Below, one piece after another: positions 40,215-50,194 of a stretch of DNA of 64,000 nucleotides. Under the pieces are notes generated by a model. The model was not told the DNA's origin, did no database searches, and saw nothing but the letters and a program-made list of their open reading frames with translations. Position 1 is the first letter of the stretch, and each line of letters begins with the position of its first letter. Source of the stretch: an uncultured cyanobacterium. Its GTDB lineage: Bacteria > Cyanobacteriota > Cyanobacteriia > Cyanobacteriales > Nostocaceae. The stretch is taken from assembly GCA_963740315.1 (NCBI GenBank), contig CAVUDP010000002.1:704001-768000 (forward strand). The letters are read 5' to 3'. The translations under genes and the position numbers were made by a program.

Positions 40215-41936
40215 ATGAAGAATATGAATCATAGAATATCTAAAAATTTTCAGAATATTTCTATTTGTATCTCCGTTTTGGGTGCTTTATTTCTTAGTGC
40301 TTGTGATTCCCCAGGTAATTCCAACGAAGGGTTTGAAGTTAAATTTTTAGTGGGAAGCGCTTTAAAAGAATTTTGCGATCAATTTGCCGAACAATTTAAC
40401 GCTACCAAACCCAAACTAGAAAACGGTAAAGCTTTCTATCTCAACTGCGAAGCTAAAGGTAGCGGGGATGTAGTTGCAGAAATGACTTCTTTGTCGCAAC
40501 AACTCAAAGCGGGAACTTTGCAACCAGATGATGCGAACTTTCCCACATTAATTTCCGTAGATGGAGAAATTTACCATTCTCAACTGCTTTATCAATTCAA
40601 TCAAATCTTCCCCGGACAAAATTATATTCCTGAAATTACCGATGCACCGCTACTTGCAAACAGCCCGATGGTGTTTATGGCTCCCGCCGATGTCGCGGCT
40701 GGATTACGCAAGCAGGAAGACTTGTATAAAACATTGGTAACGGCGAAAACTCATAAAGACATTGATTCTAGCAGCCCTCAACTACCTATTAACTTTGTTC
40801 ATACAGCACCTACTCGCTCCAACTCCGGCTTGCAAACACTAGTAGCGCAATTTACCAGCGTATCCGGGAAAAGACCGGAACAAATAACAGCGGCAGATGT
40901 GCAAAAATATCAATCGCAAATTCAGAAAATTCAAAGTAAAGTCACTCGTTACGGAGTTTCGACAAATACTTTGGCGGCTGACATGGTAAAAAATGGTACT
41001 TTTTGGGCATCGATTGGTTCGGTATATGAATCATCGGTAATTCAAGCCAACTCGAATTTACAACCCGGTCAAACTCGTTTTGAGGCGATTTATCCCAAAG
41101 CTACATTTACATCTAATATGCGGGCAATTTTACCTAGTGGAACTTGGGTAAATGCAGATGAAAAAGCAGCCGCCCAAAAAGTTATTGAATATTTAAGAAC
41201 TCCTCAAGCGCAAAAAATTGCTACAGAATTGGGATTAAGACCTGGTGTACCGGGAGTCGAGCTAGGTGCCAAATTTACCCCACAATTTGGCGTGAAAGCC
41301 GATGTAAAATATGATTCATTACGTCCTCCGCAACCGCAAGTAGTAGCAGCGATGCTCAAATCCTGGCAAGAATTCGCCAAGAAACCTTCGCAAGTAGTTG
41401 TAGTCGTAGATTCTTCCGGTTCGATGTCGGGTAACAAATTACCAGCCGTACAAAATACCTTACGCAACTATATTCAAAGTTTGGGACCAAAAGAGCAAAT
41501 AGCAGTAATAGATTTTGACTCAGAAATACGCACTCCGGTAAAAGTTAACGGTACTCCGCAAGGGCAAGAAAGCGGAATACAATTCATCGGAAACTTACGC
41601 GCAGATGGCGGTACTCGATTGTACGATTCTGCTTTGGAAGCGCGTAACTGGTTAGAGCAAAATCTTCGTCAAGATGCGATTAACGCTGTAGTTATCCTCA
41701 CAGATGGTGACGATTCTGGTTCCAAGATTAATTTAGATCGATTACGTCAAGAATTGGAAAAAAGTAACTTTAGCAGCGATAAACGTATAGCCTTTTTTAC
41801 GGTAGGTTATGGAAACGAAGGAGAATTCAACCCCGAAGTACTCAAACAAATAGCCGAACTTAATGGAGGTTATTACCGCAAAGGAAACCCCGAAACCATT
41901 TCTTCATTAATGGCAGATTTACAAGTTGAATTTTAA
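40215..41936 (+). CDS. Lipoprotein: solute-binding domain + vWA domain
   Basis: Lipobox LSAC; PTRSNSG; MIDAS DSSGS, GGT.LYD, ILTDG. Confidence 0.88.
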   Translation: MKNMNHRISKNFQNISICISVLGALFLSACDSPGNSNEGFEVKFLVGSALKEFCDQFAEQFNATKPKLENGKAFYLNCEAKGSGDVVAEMTSLSQQLKAGTLQPDDANFPTLISVDGEIYHSQLLYQFNQIFPGQNYIPEITDAPLLANSPMVFMAPADVAAGLRKQEDLYKTLVTAKTHKDIDSSSPQLPINFVHTAPTRSNSGLQTLVAQFTSVSGKRPEQITAADVQKYQSQIQKIQSKVTRYGVSTNTLAADMVKNGTFWASIGSVYESSVIQANSNLQPGQTRFEAIYPKATFTSNMRAILPSGTWVNADEKAAAQKVIEYLRTPQAQKIATELGLRPGVPGVELGAKFTPQFGVKADVKYDSLRPPQPQVVAAMLKSWQEFAKKPSQVVVVVDSSGSMSGNKLPAVQNTLRNYIQSLGPKEQIAVIDFDSEIRTPVKVNGTPQGQESGIQFIGNLRADGGTRLYDSALEARNWLEQNLRQDAINAVVILTDGDDSGSKINLDRLRQELEKSNFSSDKRIAFFTVGYGNEGEFNPEVLKQIAELNGGYYRKGNPETISSLMADLQVEF

Positions 41937-41940
41937 GAAA

Positions 41941-42007
41941 GTTAGGACCACCGGAGTTAGGAGTTAGGACCACCGGAGTTAAGAGTTAGGACCACCGGAG
42001 TTAGGAG
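41941..42007 (+). repeat. 22-bp tandem repeat x3
   Basis: gttaggaccaccggagtta(g/a)ga x3, followed by a cccct-rich tract. Confidence 0.8.
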
Positions 42008-42117
42008 TGAGTAATTACTAATTATCTACCCCCTCTCCCCATCTCCCCCTCTCCCCCTCTACCCCCTCTACCCCCTCTCCTCATCTCCCCATTACCAATC
42101 CCCAATCCCAATTAATT

Positions 42118-42843
42118 ATGAAATTAACAAACCCTCTTTATTACCCGATCGCTGTATTAGCTGGTGGTGTTGTTCTTGTCGCCGGTGTTCGTTTTGTTGG
42201 ATTACCTAATTTTGTTGCTTTACCAGCATCTGTAGCAGTAGCTGCGGGTGGTGCTGCTGTAATGAAATCAAGAGAACCTGATGCTCAAAAAATTGCTCAG
42301 CAGCAGATACAAAGGGAATTACAGTTATTGCAAAACTCGGCGAAAAGTTTGGCTGGAAAAGCAGAAACATTACGTCAAGAAGGCAATCAATTATTAAGTC
42401 GTGGTTCCTTTGAAATGGATTTATTAGTAGCGGTGCAAGAAGCTTGTCAAAGAACAATTGAACTACCAATAAAAATTGACGAATTAGGCAGAAGAATTCA
42501 CGGTGCTAACTCTTTATTATCAGTCAACGATTTACAACAGCAATTGCAAGAAGTAGAAACAAAACGTTCTTCTTCTTCTGGTATTGCACGTCAACATTTA
42601 GACCAGCTTACTAACAGTTTGCAACGCAATATTCAGCTAGCAAAAGATGGACAAAACGCCCGCACGGCACAAATTACCAGTCTCTATACTTTAATTCAAG
42701 ATTCTGCTGGAGTATTGCAACAAATACAAAATAAATTACGTACCGCCGATTTAACTGATGCTCGGCAAGTTAGTCAGTTACAAGCGTCTACAGATGAACT
42801 TACTAGTTTACAAGATAACTTTGCTTTTCTGGTTCGGAAATAG
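42118..42843 (+). CDS. Membrane-anchored coiled-coil protein
   Basis: Two N-terminal TMs and a long Gln/Leu-rich coiled coil. Confidence 0.78.
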   Translation: MKLTNPLYYPIAVLAGGVVLVAGVRFVGLPNFVALPASVAVAAGGAAVMKSREPDAQKIAQQQIQRELQLLQNSAKSLAGKAETLRQEGNQLLSRGSFEMDLLVAVQEACQRTIELPIKIDELGRRIHGANSLLSVNDLQQQLQEVETKRSSSSGIARQHLDQLTNSLQRNIQLAKDGQNARTAQITSLYTLIQDSAGVLQQIQNKLRTADLTDARQVSQLQASTDELTSLQDNFAFLVRK

Positions 42844-42952
42844 TCACATTTTATATATAATCTGGCGGTTGAAACCACTGCTACACAAGCAAAACCCACC
42901 TGCGTGGGTTATTAATTCTAGTTATTTCATTCAAATTTATCATAAAAAAAAC

Positions 42953-44071
42953 ATGAAAAAAACTAATTCTAAACTTCAAAATCGTGCTTTTACTTCTGCT
43001 GGTATTATTCTTGCTGCATTAGGTTTAGCTTATGCTCCTATTCCCGGATTGCAGCAAACTGTTGTTATTGTCAGCGGAACGGAATTACAAGCGCCGCTCG
43101 AACAATTAGAAACTAAGTTTGAGCAAGAAAACCCTAATATAAAAATAGAACTTAAATTTCAAGGTTCTCAAGATATTGTTAACAAGTTTATCGACCAGAA
43201 AAACGACTTTAATCCCACAATATTAATGCCAGCTTCTGGAGAATTACTTGATGAATTAAGCCAACGCTATCAAGCACAAAATAACAGCGAAGCTTTTTAT
43301 AACGAACCTCAACCTATTGCTAAAACCTTACTTGTCGCCATTGCTTGGTCGGAAAGAGGTAACGTTCTTTTCCCTAACAATAACTTTTCTTGGCAGCGAG
43401 TAGAACAAGCAATGCAAGCTAATAGTTGGCAAGCCGTGGGAGGTGAAAAAAACTGGGGAAGTTTTGATTTTGTAATTACAAATCCGACTCGTTCTAATAG
43501 CGCTCAAGCAACTTTAAGTTTGTGGGCAATGTCGAAACTGAATGCTAATAATCCGAATAATATAGATTACAATAACCCTGCCATTACATCCTTATTTAGT
43601 ACAGTTAAAAAATCAGTTTATCAACCACCGCGTTCAACAGACATTCTTTTACAAGAGTTTATCACTCGCGGCCCCAACGATGCCGACGTGGCAACAGTTT
43701 ATGAAAGTATCGCTCTTTCTCGCTGGCAGCAATCTGCAAAAAACCAAGGTAAACCCTATCAAATCTACTATTTAAATCCCACAGTCGAAACAGTTGCAAC
43801 CGCTGCGATCGTGCGTCAAAACGTCGATCGCACAACCGCAGACGCAGCCAAAAAATTTGTTGATTTCTTAACTCAACCAGAACAACAAAAAGTATTCGTA
43901 CAGTACGGTTTTCGTGCGACAAATAATAATATTGATTTGAAATCAGTTCCCAACAGCCCTTGGAGTCAGAACATTCCCGGCGCACAAATTAATCCATCAG
44001 CCAAAACATTACCAGCACCTAATCAAAAAGGAATTGGAGAAATTCAACGGTTGTGGCAACGAGTTAATTGA
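42953..44071 (+). CDS. Extracellular solute-binding protein
   Basis: VSGTELQ, FQGSQD, NPTRSNS, VYESIA; paralogous to SBP part of 40215; start at ATG 42953. Confidence 0.85.
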   Translation: MKKTNSKLQNRAFTSAGIILAALGLAYAPIPGLQQTVVIVSGTELQAPLEQLETKFEQENPNIKIELKFQGSQDIVNKFIDQKNDFNPTILMPASGELLDELSQRYQAQNNSEAFYNEPQPIAKTLLVAIAWSERGNVLFPNNNFSWQRVEQAMQANSWQAVGGEKNWGSFDFVITNPTRSNSAQATLSLWAMSKLNANNPNNIDYNNPAITSLFSTVKKSVYQPPRSTDILLQEFITRGPNDADVATVYESIALSRWQQSAKNQGKPYQIYYLNPTVETVATAAIVRQNVDRTTADAAKKFVDFLTQPEQQKVFVQYGFRATNNNIDLKSVPNSPWSQNIPGAQINPSAKTLPAPNQKGIGEIQRLWQRVN

Positions 44072-44222
44072 TTTGGGATTTTTGTAGGGTGCGTTACAGT
44101 ACGCGATCGCGCACCATGATTCAAATTTTGGATTTCAGGTCACAATATAGCTATTGATGGTAAAGAATTTAAAGAATATACTAGAAATGGAATAGTTACA
44201 ATTTTTACATTAGAATATATCA

Positions 44223-44570
44223 ATGCCTACACAGAACTCTAAATTTCATACTATCAAAGATGGAGTTATTACTTTACACTCCAAGCATTTAGGCGATGTT
44301 GTTGAAGTCCATGTAAACAAAGATAAACGTCGTTTTTATGGTATTCGAGAAGACGGTACCAAGATAGAATACGGTCGCGATTATGGAAATGATTTTGCTC
44401 AACCCGTGATGCTGTATAAAATATTTTATTGTTTTAAAAATGATACTTGGAAAATGGAATATCAAACTAAAGATACCAAAGAAAATAAGTGGATAAATGG
44501 TTTTAAAACAGCTAGGGAAGCTTGGTTGTATAGAGAAACATTAATTGCTAACGGTATCGCCCAAAGGTAA
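44223..44570 (+). CDS. Hypothetical protein
   Basis: 115-aa ATG ORF, GFKTAREAW. Confidence 0.6.
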   Translation: MPTQNSKFHTIKDGVITLHSKHLGDVVEVHVNKDKRRFYGIREDGTKIEYGRDYGNDFAQPVMLYKIFYCFKNDTWKMEYQTKDTKENKWINGFKTAREAWLYRETLIANGIAQR

Positions 44571-44669
44571 AATAATGGTGCGTTACGGCAATATTTAATT
44601 TGTAACTCAAACAAAGTTACTATTAGCCGTAACACATCCTATAAGAATAGACGTAGCAATGCTACGTCT

Positions 44670-46049
44670 CTACACCGCTACAGGTGTATTCGCAACTTTC
44701 TTAATAGGCTTTGCAACCATTTTCATTCCTGCGGGTGTCGCTAAAGTTAAACCGCGACGCACGGGTTTGACGGCACGTTTATCGATTCTAGATACTTCAT
44801 ATTGCGATAAAATTTGAGCTAGAACCAGCTTCATTTCATACATTGCAAACGCTAATCCGATACAGCGACGATTTCCACCACCGAAAGGGAAAAATTCGTA
44901 GGGGCTAAATTGTCTTTCCAAAAATCTTTCTGGTTTAAACTGCTTGGATTGCGGGTAAACTTCTTCGCGATGGTGTGCCATATAAATACTAGGAATTATC
45001 CAGGTATCTTTGGGTAATTGATAACCGCCAACTTCAATAGGATTTAGTGCAATTCTAGGAAAACCATTGATAGCAATAGGATAGATACGCAGAGTTTCTT
45101 GACATACTGCTGTTAAATAAGGCAGTTTAGCAACTACGCCAGGTTCTGGATTTTCGCCCAAATCATTAAGTTCCTTGAGTAATTTTTCGCGTACTTCGGG
45201 TAAATAATCAACCCAGTAGAAAGCCCAAGTCAAAGCAGAAGCAGTAGTTTCATGTCCCGCAAATAGTAGCGTCATTAACTCATCGCGTAATTCTTCATCT
45301 GACATTGCTCCACCATCTTCATAACGTGCAGACATCATCAAACTCAAGATATCTTCGCGATTTTGATTTGATTCGGCGCGGCGATCCTCAATTAAAGCAT
45401 AAATCAAATCGTCAATCTGCTTCCGTAAGTGTAAAACCCTACCCCAGGGACTCCAACTACCCAAATCCTTCTGTAAAAAGCCAAAAAACAAGCTAGTAGA
45501 TAACAAAGGAGAACTTACAAAATCAAGTAGCGCAGAAATTTTTAAACGAAGTTGATCCAAACGCTTCCCTTCATCCAAACCAAAAACCGCGCTTAAAATT
45601 ACGCTCAAAGTAATTTCCTGCATCGACTCGCGGATATTGAAAGGCTTACCCGTCTGCCATTGATCGCTTACTTGCCGAGCAATTTCGCAGATAGTCATCC
45701 CATAAGCCCGCATTCTATCCCCATGAAAAGGAGGAGCCAACAACTTACGCTGACGCTGGTGGATCTCGCCATCTAGTAAAATCAAAGAATTATCGCCAAC
45801 CAAAAACTTCAAAATCCGGTTTCCCCTACCAGCTTCCAAAGTATTCGCATCAGCCGTAAAAATTTGTTCCATCGCTTGAGGATCGCTAAAGTAAACCGTA
45901 TTATTACCATCCTTAGTGGGAAGACTAAAGCGATCGCCATAAGCTTGAGCAAAATCCTCCAGGTATTCCAAAGGTTGAAACACAAACTTCATCCGCCGTA
46001 GAAGTATAGGCATTTCCGGGCTTGGTGGCAGATTGTAACTCGATGTCAT
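44670..46049 (-). CDS. Cytochrome P450 (CYP110-like)
   Basis: AGHETT, ETLR, PERF, FGGGNRRCIG heme motif. Confidence 0.95.
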   Translation of the reverse strand: MTSSYNLPPSPEMPILLRRMKFVFQPLEYLEDFAQAYGDRFSLPTKDGNNTVYFSDPQAMEQIFTADANTLEAGRGNRILKFLVGDNSLILLDGEIHQRQRKLLAPPFHGDRMRAYGMTICEIARQVSDQWQTGKPFNIRESMQEITLSVILSAVFGLDEGKRLDQLRLKISALLDFVSSPLLSTSLFFGFLQKDLGSWSPWGRVLHLRKQIDDLIYALIEDRRAESNQNREDILSLMMSARYEDGGAMSDEELRDELMTLLFAGHETTASALTWAFYWVDYLPEVREKLLKELNDLGENPEPGVVAKLPYLTAVCQETLRIYPIAINGFPRIALNPIEVGGYQLPKDTWIIPSIYMAHHREEVYPQSKQFKPERFLERQFSPYEFFPFGGGNRRCIGLAFAMYEMKLVLAQILSQYEVSRIDKRAVKPVRRGLTLATPAGMKMVAKPIKKVANTPVAV

Positions 46050-46139
46050 AATTATTTGAGGTTTTCAGATACATCCTTATATTGTGACGAAAAATTAGTT
46101 AGCAGTAATCAGTAACCACTTGTGGTAGGTTTGATAATT

Positions 46140-46197
46140 GTTTGTAGTAAGGACTTTAGTCCTAAATCCGAGGACTTTAGTCCTTACCACGAACCTT
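46140..46197. repeat. GTAGTAAG family copy (others at 46840-46900, 52616-52666)
   Basis: tttgtagtaaggactttagtcct...ggactttagtccttaccacgaacc. Confidence 0.72.
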
Positions 46198-46504
46198 AAT
46201 TAATTTCTTGAATTCTTTCCTCCGCGCTCTCTGCGTCTAGTAAGGTTTTTTAAATCAGCAATCATGTGAAAGGGACTATTTTCACACCGACATATACCTT
46301 AACCAATCACTACTTTTAGTCCGCAAAGTTGGAGTTAAAGCTGCACTTGCCGATTTAAAATCACAAACCGCTAGGGATTCAAAATCCCTAGCTAATAGCG
46401 AAAGTCCTCTAAAGAGGACTAAGGATTTACTTGTTTCAAAAAATAATATACCAAGACTTTTACCGTTAGTCCGTTTCAACGAACTTCAGCTATTAGACTG
46501 GGGT

Positions 46505-46831
46505 TTGCAACTCCAGGCGGGTAAGATGCTCGCGAAAAGTTTAAAATCCGAAAAATTCACCCTAAAAGCTTTTCCTTATCTTAAAGCTGGTTCGGGATTG
46601 ACTGCTGGAGTCGATGCTGGCTGTAGCATTTTTAAAGAAGAAGCAGGTTCGCTGTTCCACGATTGCGATACCACGGGTGGTTCTTCTGGAGGACCAATCT
46701 TAGCTCAAATCAAAGGAAAATATTATATTATCGCCCTTAATAATGCTGAAAGATTCGATGCTGATGGGGTAGCGATAGAAAACCGTGCGGTAAATGTTTC
46801 TTTCTTGAATCGGTTGTTTGGTAAAAGATAG
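46505..46831 (+). pseudogene. C-terminal fragment of a trypsin-like serine protease
   Basis: HDCDTTGGSSGGPI catalytic-Ser motif; His/Asp half absent; 5' end lies within a repeat element. Confidence 0.72.
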
Positions 46832-47333
46832 TTCGAGCAAGGTTTGTAGTAAGGACTTCAGTCCTAAATCTGAGGGAACCAATGCCCTTACTACGAACCT
46901 AATAACTTTTTGAGCTATCAAAACTAAACCTTGATTGTGTAACATACAAATAACTAACTTAATCAAAACGTAATTGATATTACCGATCTAATAAAAAGCC
47001 TTTACAAAATAATCTTACTCGATCATCAAATATAGATATTCATTTGTATACTTAAGTGCTTGAAAACGCTTTCAAAAAACATTATTAAATTTACGGATGT
47101 TTTGTGGAAAAATGTTTATTAAGATATCAAAACCGTCTGCAAATATCCAGGATAAAATACTGATTTTTGCGATGATGTGACAACTTTTTAAACTGTACTA
47201 AGGGTTAACAAATTAGTTTTGATTGACTGTACGGTAATCGTAGCTACCCCAGTTTTTACGTGTAAAAGTTAATATCGGGAGTCAGTTATTCAGAGTTATC
47301 TACCGATGTAAATTCATCCAAATTAACTCAAAG

Positions 47334-49664
47334 ATGGATAGTAATCTTCAATCGTCGGTACAAAATAACGCTTTACCTCAATCTCCTACCAATAATTTAG
47401 ATGTTTCTGCTGCTACCTATCTAGGTGGTTCGGATGATGATTTTACCAATGCGGTGGATATTTCTGCTGATGGTAATTTCGTTATTGTAGGAGGTTCTTT
47501 AAAAAACACCAACCTGGGAGGAGAAGAGACTCAACTTCTTGGGGGTGGGAACGGAACAATTGTCCGTTATAATTCTCAAACCAATCAAGTTATATCTACA
47601 ACTCTTTTACCAGGAAAAATACTCGATTTAGAAGTCTCGAAGAATGGGGACATTGCTGTTGCTTACGAAGGTGGAATTGCCGTATTAAATGCTGATGCGA
47701 CAGCAGTTAAATGGAATAAATCTCTGAGCAATGTTTCTCGTATCGCTATCTCTGATGGTGGTAAAGTTGGTGTTGTAGAGGACATCGACGGTGGCGATCG
47801 GGCTTATCTATTCAGCAGCGACGGAGAAGAACTCAAGCAATGGAGTACAGATAATAGCAAACGTCACTTTCTTGATATAGCTGTTACCGACCAAGAGGAC
47901 GGTATGGTTATTGCCACCGGATACGATCAAAAAGATGGGAATTTGAAAGTTGCGTTTACTCAAGCATGGTCATATCAAGGAGAAGATAACTGGAAAAGCT
48001 ATGACTTTACTAATGCAGAAGTTAGCGCAGAAAGTTTGGGCGCTGATACGGAAGGAACCCATGTTGCGATCGGACGTGATGGACAGCTATATGCTGCATA
48101 CAAAGTCAACGGCGGTACGGGTTCTTCTATTTTTTCACGCGATCCTAATGATTTATCACAGAAGCTGACTGACGATCGCAAAATCGAAACAGATAAATAC
48201 AACACCCCTACCAACATCGGTTCAACAAAGATAACTTGGTACGGTCGTTACAATCTCAAAGATGGCGATTTAATTAAAGGTCAATCTTTATTAAGCCGTA
48301 ATAGTATTGATAGTAGTGGTAAAGGTAACTCCATCACCACCGAGTCAATAACAGCCACAGAAGACGGTACCGTAATTCTGGCTGGGCAGGCTGCATACAG
48401 GATTGCAAATCGAGATCAACAGACTATCGAAGGAAAACCCGTAAGTAAGTACGAAGATTTCAATTTCGACGGATACATTGCGGTTATCAGTCCAGATTTG
48501 ACACAAAGACTTTCATGGACACCAATTACAGATAGTAATGGTGCCGTAGCCGCAGTTCGCGATGGTAAAACAGCAGTTGTTACCACCACCGATTTTAAGG
48601 GAAGTCAAATTACTCACAACGCCATACAAAATAGTGCAGGTGGTAAAAACGACGGTTATCTATTGGTGATTGGTGGTTCGGATGTGTCTCCCGGATCTGT
48701 GAATGAGGGCGATCCTCCTACAGAAAACGAACCTCCAATAAATCCTGAAGATAATCCGGATACAGAAAGTGAACCTCCTACAAATTCTGGAGGTAATCCG
48801 GATACAGAAAGTGAACCTCCTACAAATCCTGGAGATAATCCGGATACAGAAAGTGAACCTCCTACAAATCCTGGAGATAATCCGGATACAGAAAATGAAC
48901 CTCCAATAAATCCTGGAGATAATCCGGATACAGAAAATGAACCTCCAATAAATCCTGGAGATAATCCGGATACAGAAAATGAAACTCCTGTAAATCCTGG
49001 AGATAATCCGGATACAGAAAATGAAACTCCTGTAAATCCTGGAGATAATCCGGATACAGAAAACGAAACTCCTGTAAATCCTGGAGATAATCCGGATACA
49101 CAAGATAATCCCCAACCCATACTCGAAGGTGGAAGCGAAAATCCTGATTCATTATTTCCAGCAGGATTAATAGACTTAACTAAAATCGACTCAAATACAG
49201 ACAATCGAGTTAACTTTTCCGGTATTGAATCAGAAGCAAGTTATGACAACTCCTTCGGATATTATGCGATCGCAAATATTAATGGTGCTGTAAAAGATAT
49301 TCTTACAGGTGAACTAATTAATCCCGAAGAAGAAGGTTATGCAAAAGCAGCTTTAAATGGGCGCGTAGAAAATTTAGAATTAAGACGCGATACAGGAAAC
49401 TTCACTTCGGAGTTAAGCGGAGGATTAATGCTAGTACCCTTTTTAATCGCCAACGGTACCGTAGAAGAATGGATGGAAGAAAACAGCAATAACGAAAGCG
49501 GAAACGATCCAATTGCTTACTTCAGCTTTCTTGGTGCTAACCCAGACAGTAAACAACATATCCGTCAAGTAGGAAACGAACTTCAATTTGAAGACTTATT
49601 TAACGGTGGCGACAACGATTTTAATGATTTAGTGGCTAAATTCGATCTACAAGCTGCGGTGTAA
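47334..49664 (+). CDS. Beta-propeller-like protein with Pro/Asp linker and DUF4114-like C-terminus
   Basis: ATYLGGS.DD..NAVDIS; C-terminal YDNSFGYY, AYFSF..ANPD...H, FEDL..GGDNDFND. Confidence 0.75.
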   Translation: MDSNLQSSVQNNALPQSPTNNLDVSAATYLGGSDDDFTNAVDISADGNFVIVGGSLKNTNLGGEETQLLGGGNGTIVRYNSQTNQVISTTLLPGKILDLEVSKNGDIAVAYEGGIAVLNADATAVKWNKSLSNVSRIAISDGGKVGVVEDIDGGDRAYLFSSDGEELKQWSTDNSKRHFLDIAVTDQEDGMVIATGYDQKDGNLKVAFTQAWSYQGEDNWKSYDFTNAEVSAESLGADTEGTHVAIGRDGQLYAAYKVNGGTGSSIFSRDPNDLSQKLTDDRKIETDKYNTPTNIGSTKITWYGRYNLKDGDLIKGQSLLSRNSIDSSGKGNSITTESITATEDGTVILAGQAAYRIANRDQQTIEGKPVSKYEDFNFDGYIAVISPDLTQRLSWTPITDSNGAVAAVRDGKTAVVTTTDFKGSQITHNAIQNSAGGKNDGYLLVIGGSDVSPGSVNEGDPPTENEPPINPEDNPDTESEPPTNSGGNPDTESEPPTNPGDNPDTESEPPTNPGDNPDTENEPPINPGDNPDTENEPPINPGDNPDTENETPVNPGDNPDTENETPVNPGDNPDTENETPVNPGDNPDTQDNPQPILEGGSENPDSLFPAGLIDLTKIDSNTDNRVNFSGIESEASYDNSFGYYAIANINGAVKDILTGELINPEEEGYAKAALNGRVENLELRRDTGNFTSELSGGLMLVPFLIANGTVEEWMEENSNNESGNDPIAYFSFLGANPDSKQHIRQVGNELQFEDLFNGGDNDFNDLVAKFDLQAAV
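48726..49103 (+). repeat. Coding tandem repeat, 9 x 42 bp
   Basis: 14-aa unit (N/S)E(P/T)P(I/T/V)NPGDNPDTE. Confidence 0.92.
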
Positions 49665-50194
49665 TCAAACGAACCCTTTAGCCCCCATTGCCTGGGAATG
49701 GGGTTTCAAAACTTCTTTTCTATAAACCCACTTTCCCAAAATGAGGAACTTGATATTAACTGACTTCTTCACATAATTTAGAAGCAGAAAAAAAATAAAA
49801 ATTAATTTAGCTAGCAAGTAACTGCGCTTTCTTATTAAGTAATTAATATTACCGAACGAGAATAAGGGTATTCGGAAATAAGCTTACTTTGTCATCAAAA
49901 TTAGATATTTATTTGTATATTGCATTACTTACAAAAACTTTAAAAAATATTAGTTAGATTCACTGCGGTTCTGTAAAAAAAAGTATAATAAATTATCAAA
50001 AATATTCGTAAATAGCAAGCATAAAATACTGATTTTTGTACTGATGTGGCAACTTTCCAAACTGTACTAAGGGCTGACATATCGGTTCTGATTAACTGTA
50101 CGTTGTTCGTATATACCCCAGTAATCAAGTATAAATTTGCAGTTGGGAGTTAGTTATTCAGAGTTATCTACCGATGGAAGTTCATTAATATTGA

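Noticed and set aside
41941..42007. 22-bp repeats as a mini-CRISPR
   Set aside because: Head-to-tail with no spacers, STRR-derived, and no cas genes
42758..42952. N-terminal extension of the SBP ORF
   Set aside because: Overlaps the upstream gene and a repeat; ATG 42953 gives a normal N-terminus
48726..49103. Regular 42-bp repeats as a CRISPR array or multiple DIF1 (TCCGGA) sites
   Set aside because: No unique spacers; it is an in-frame coding linker and TCCGGA is a by-product of the N-P-D codons
48656..49204. Antisense ORFs of 182, 151 and 96 aa
   Set aside because: Shadows of the coding tandem repeat
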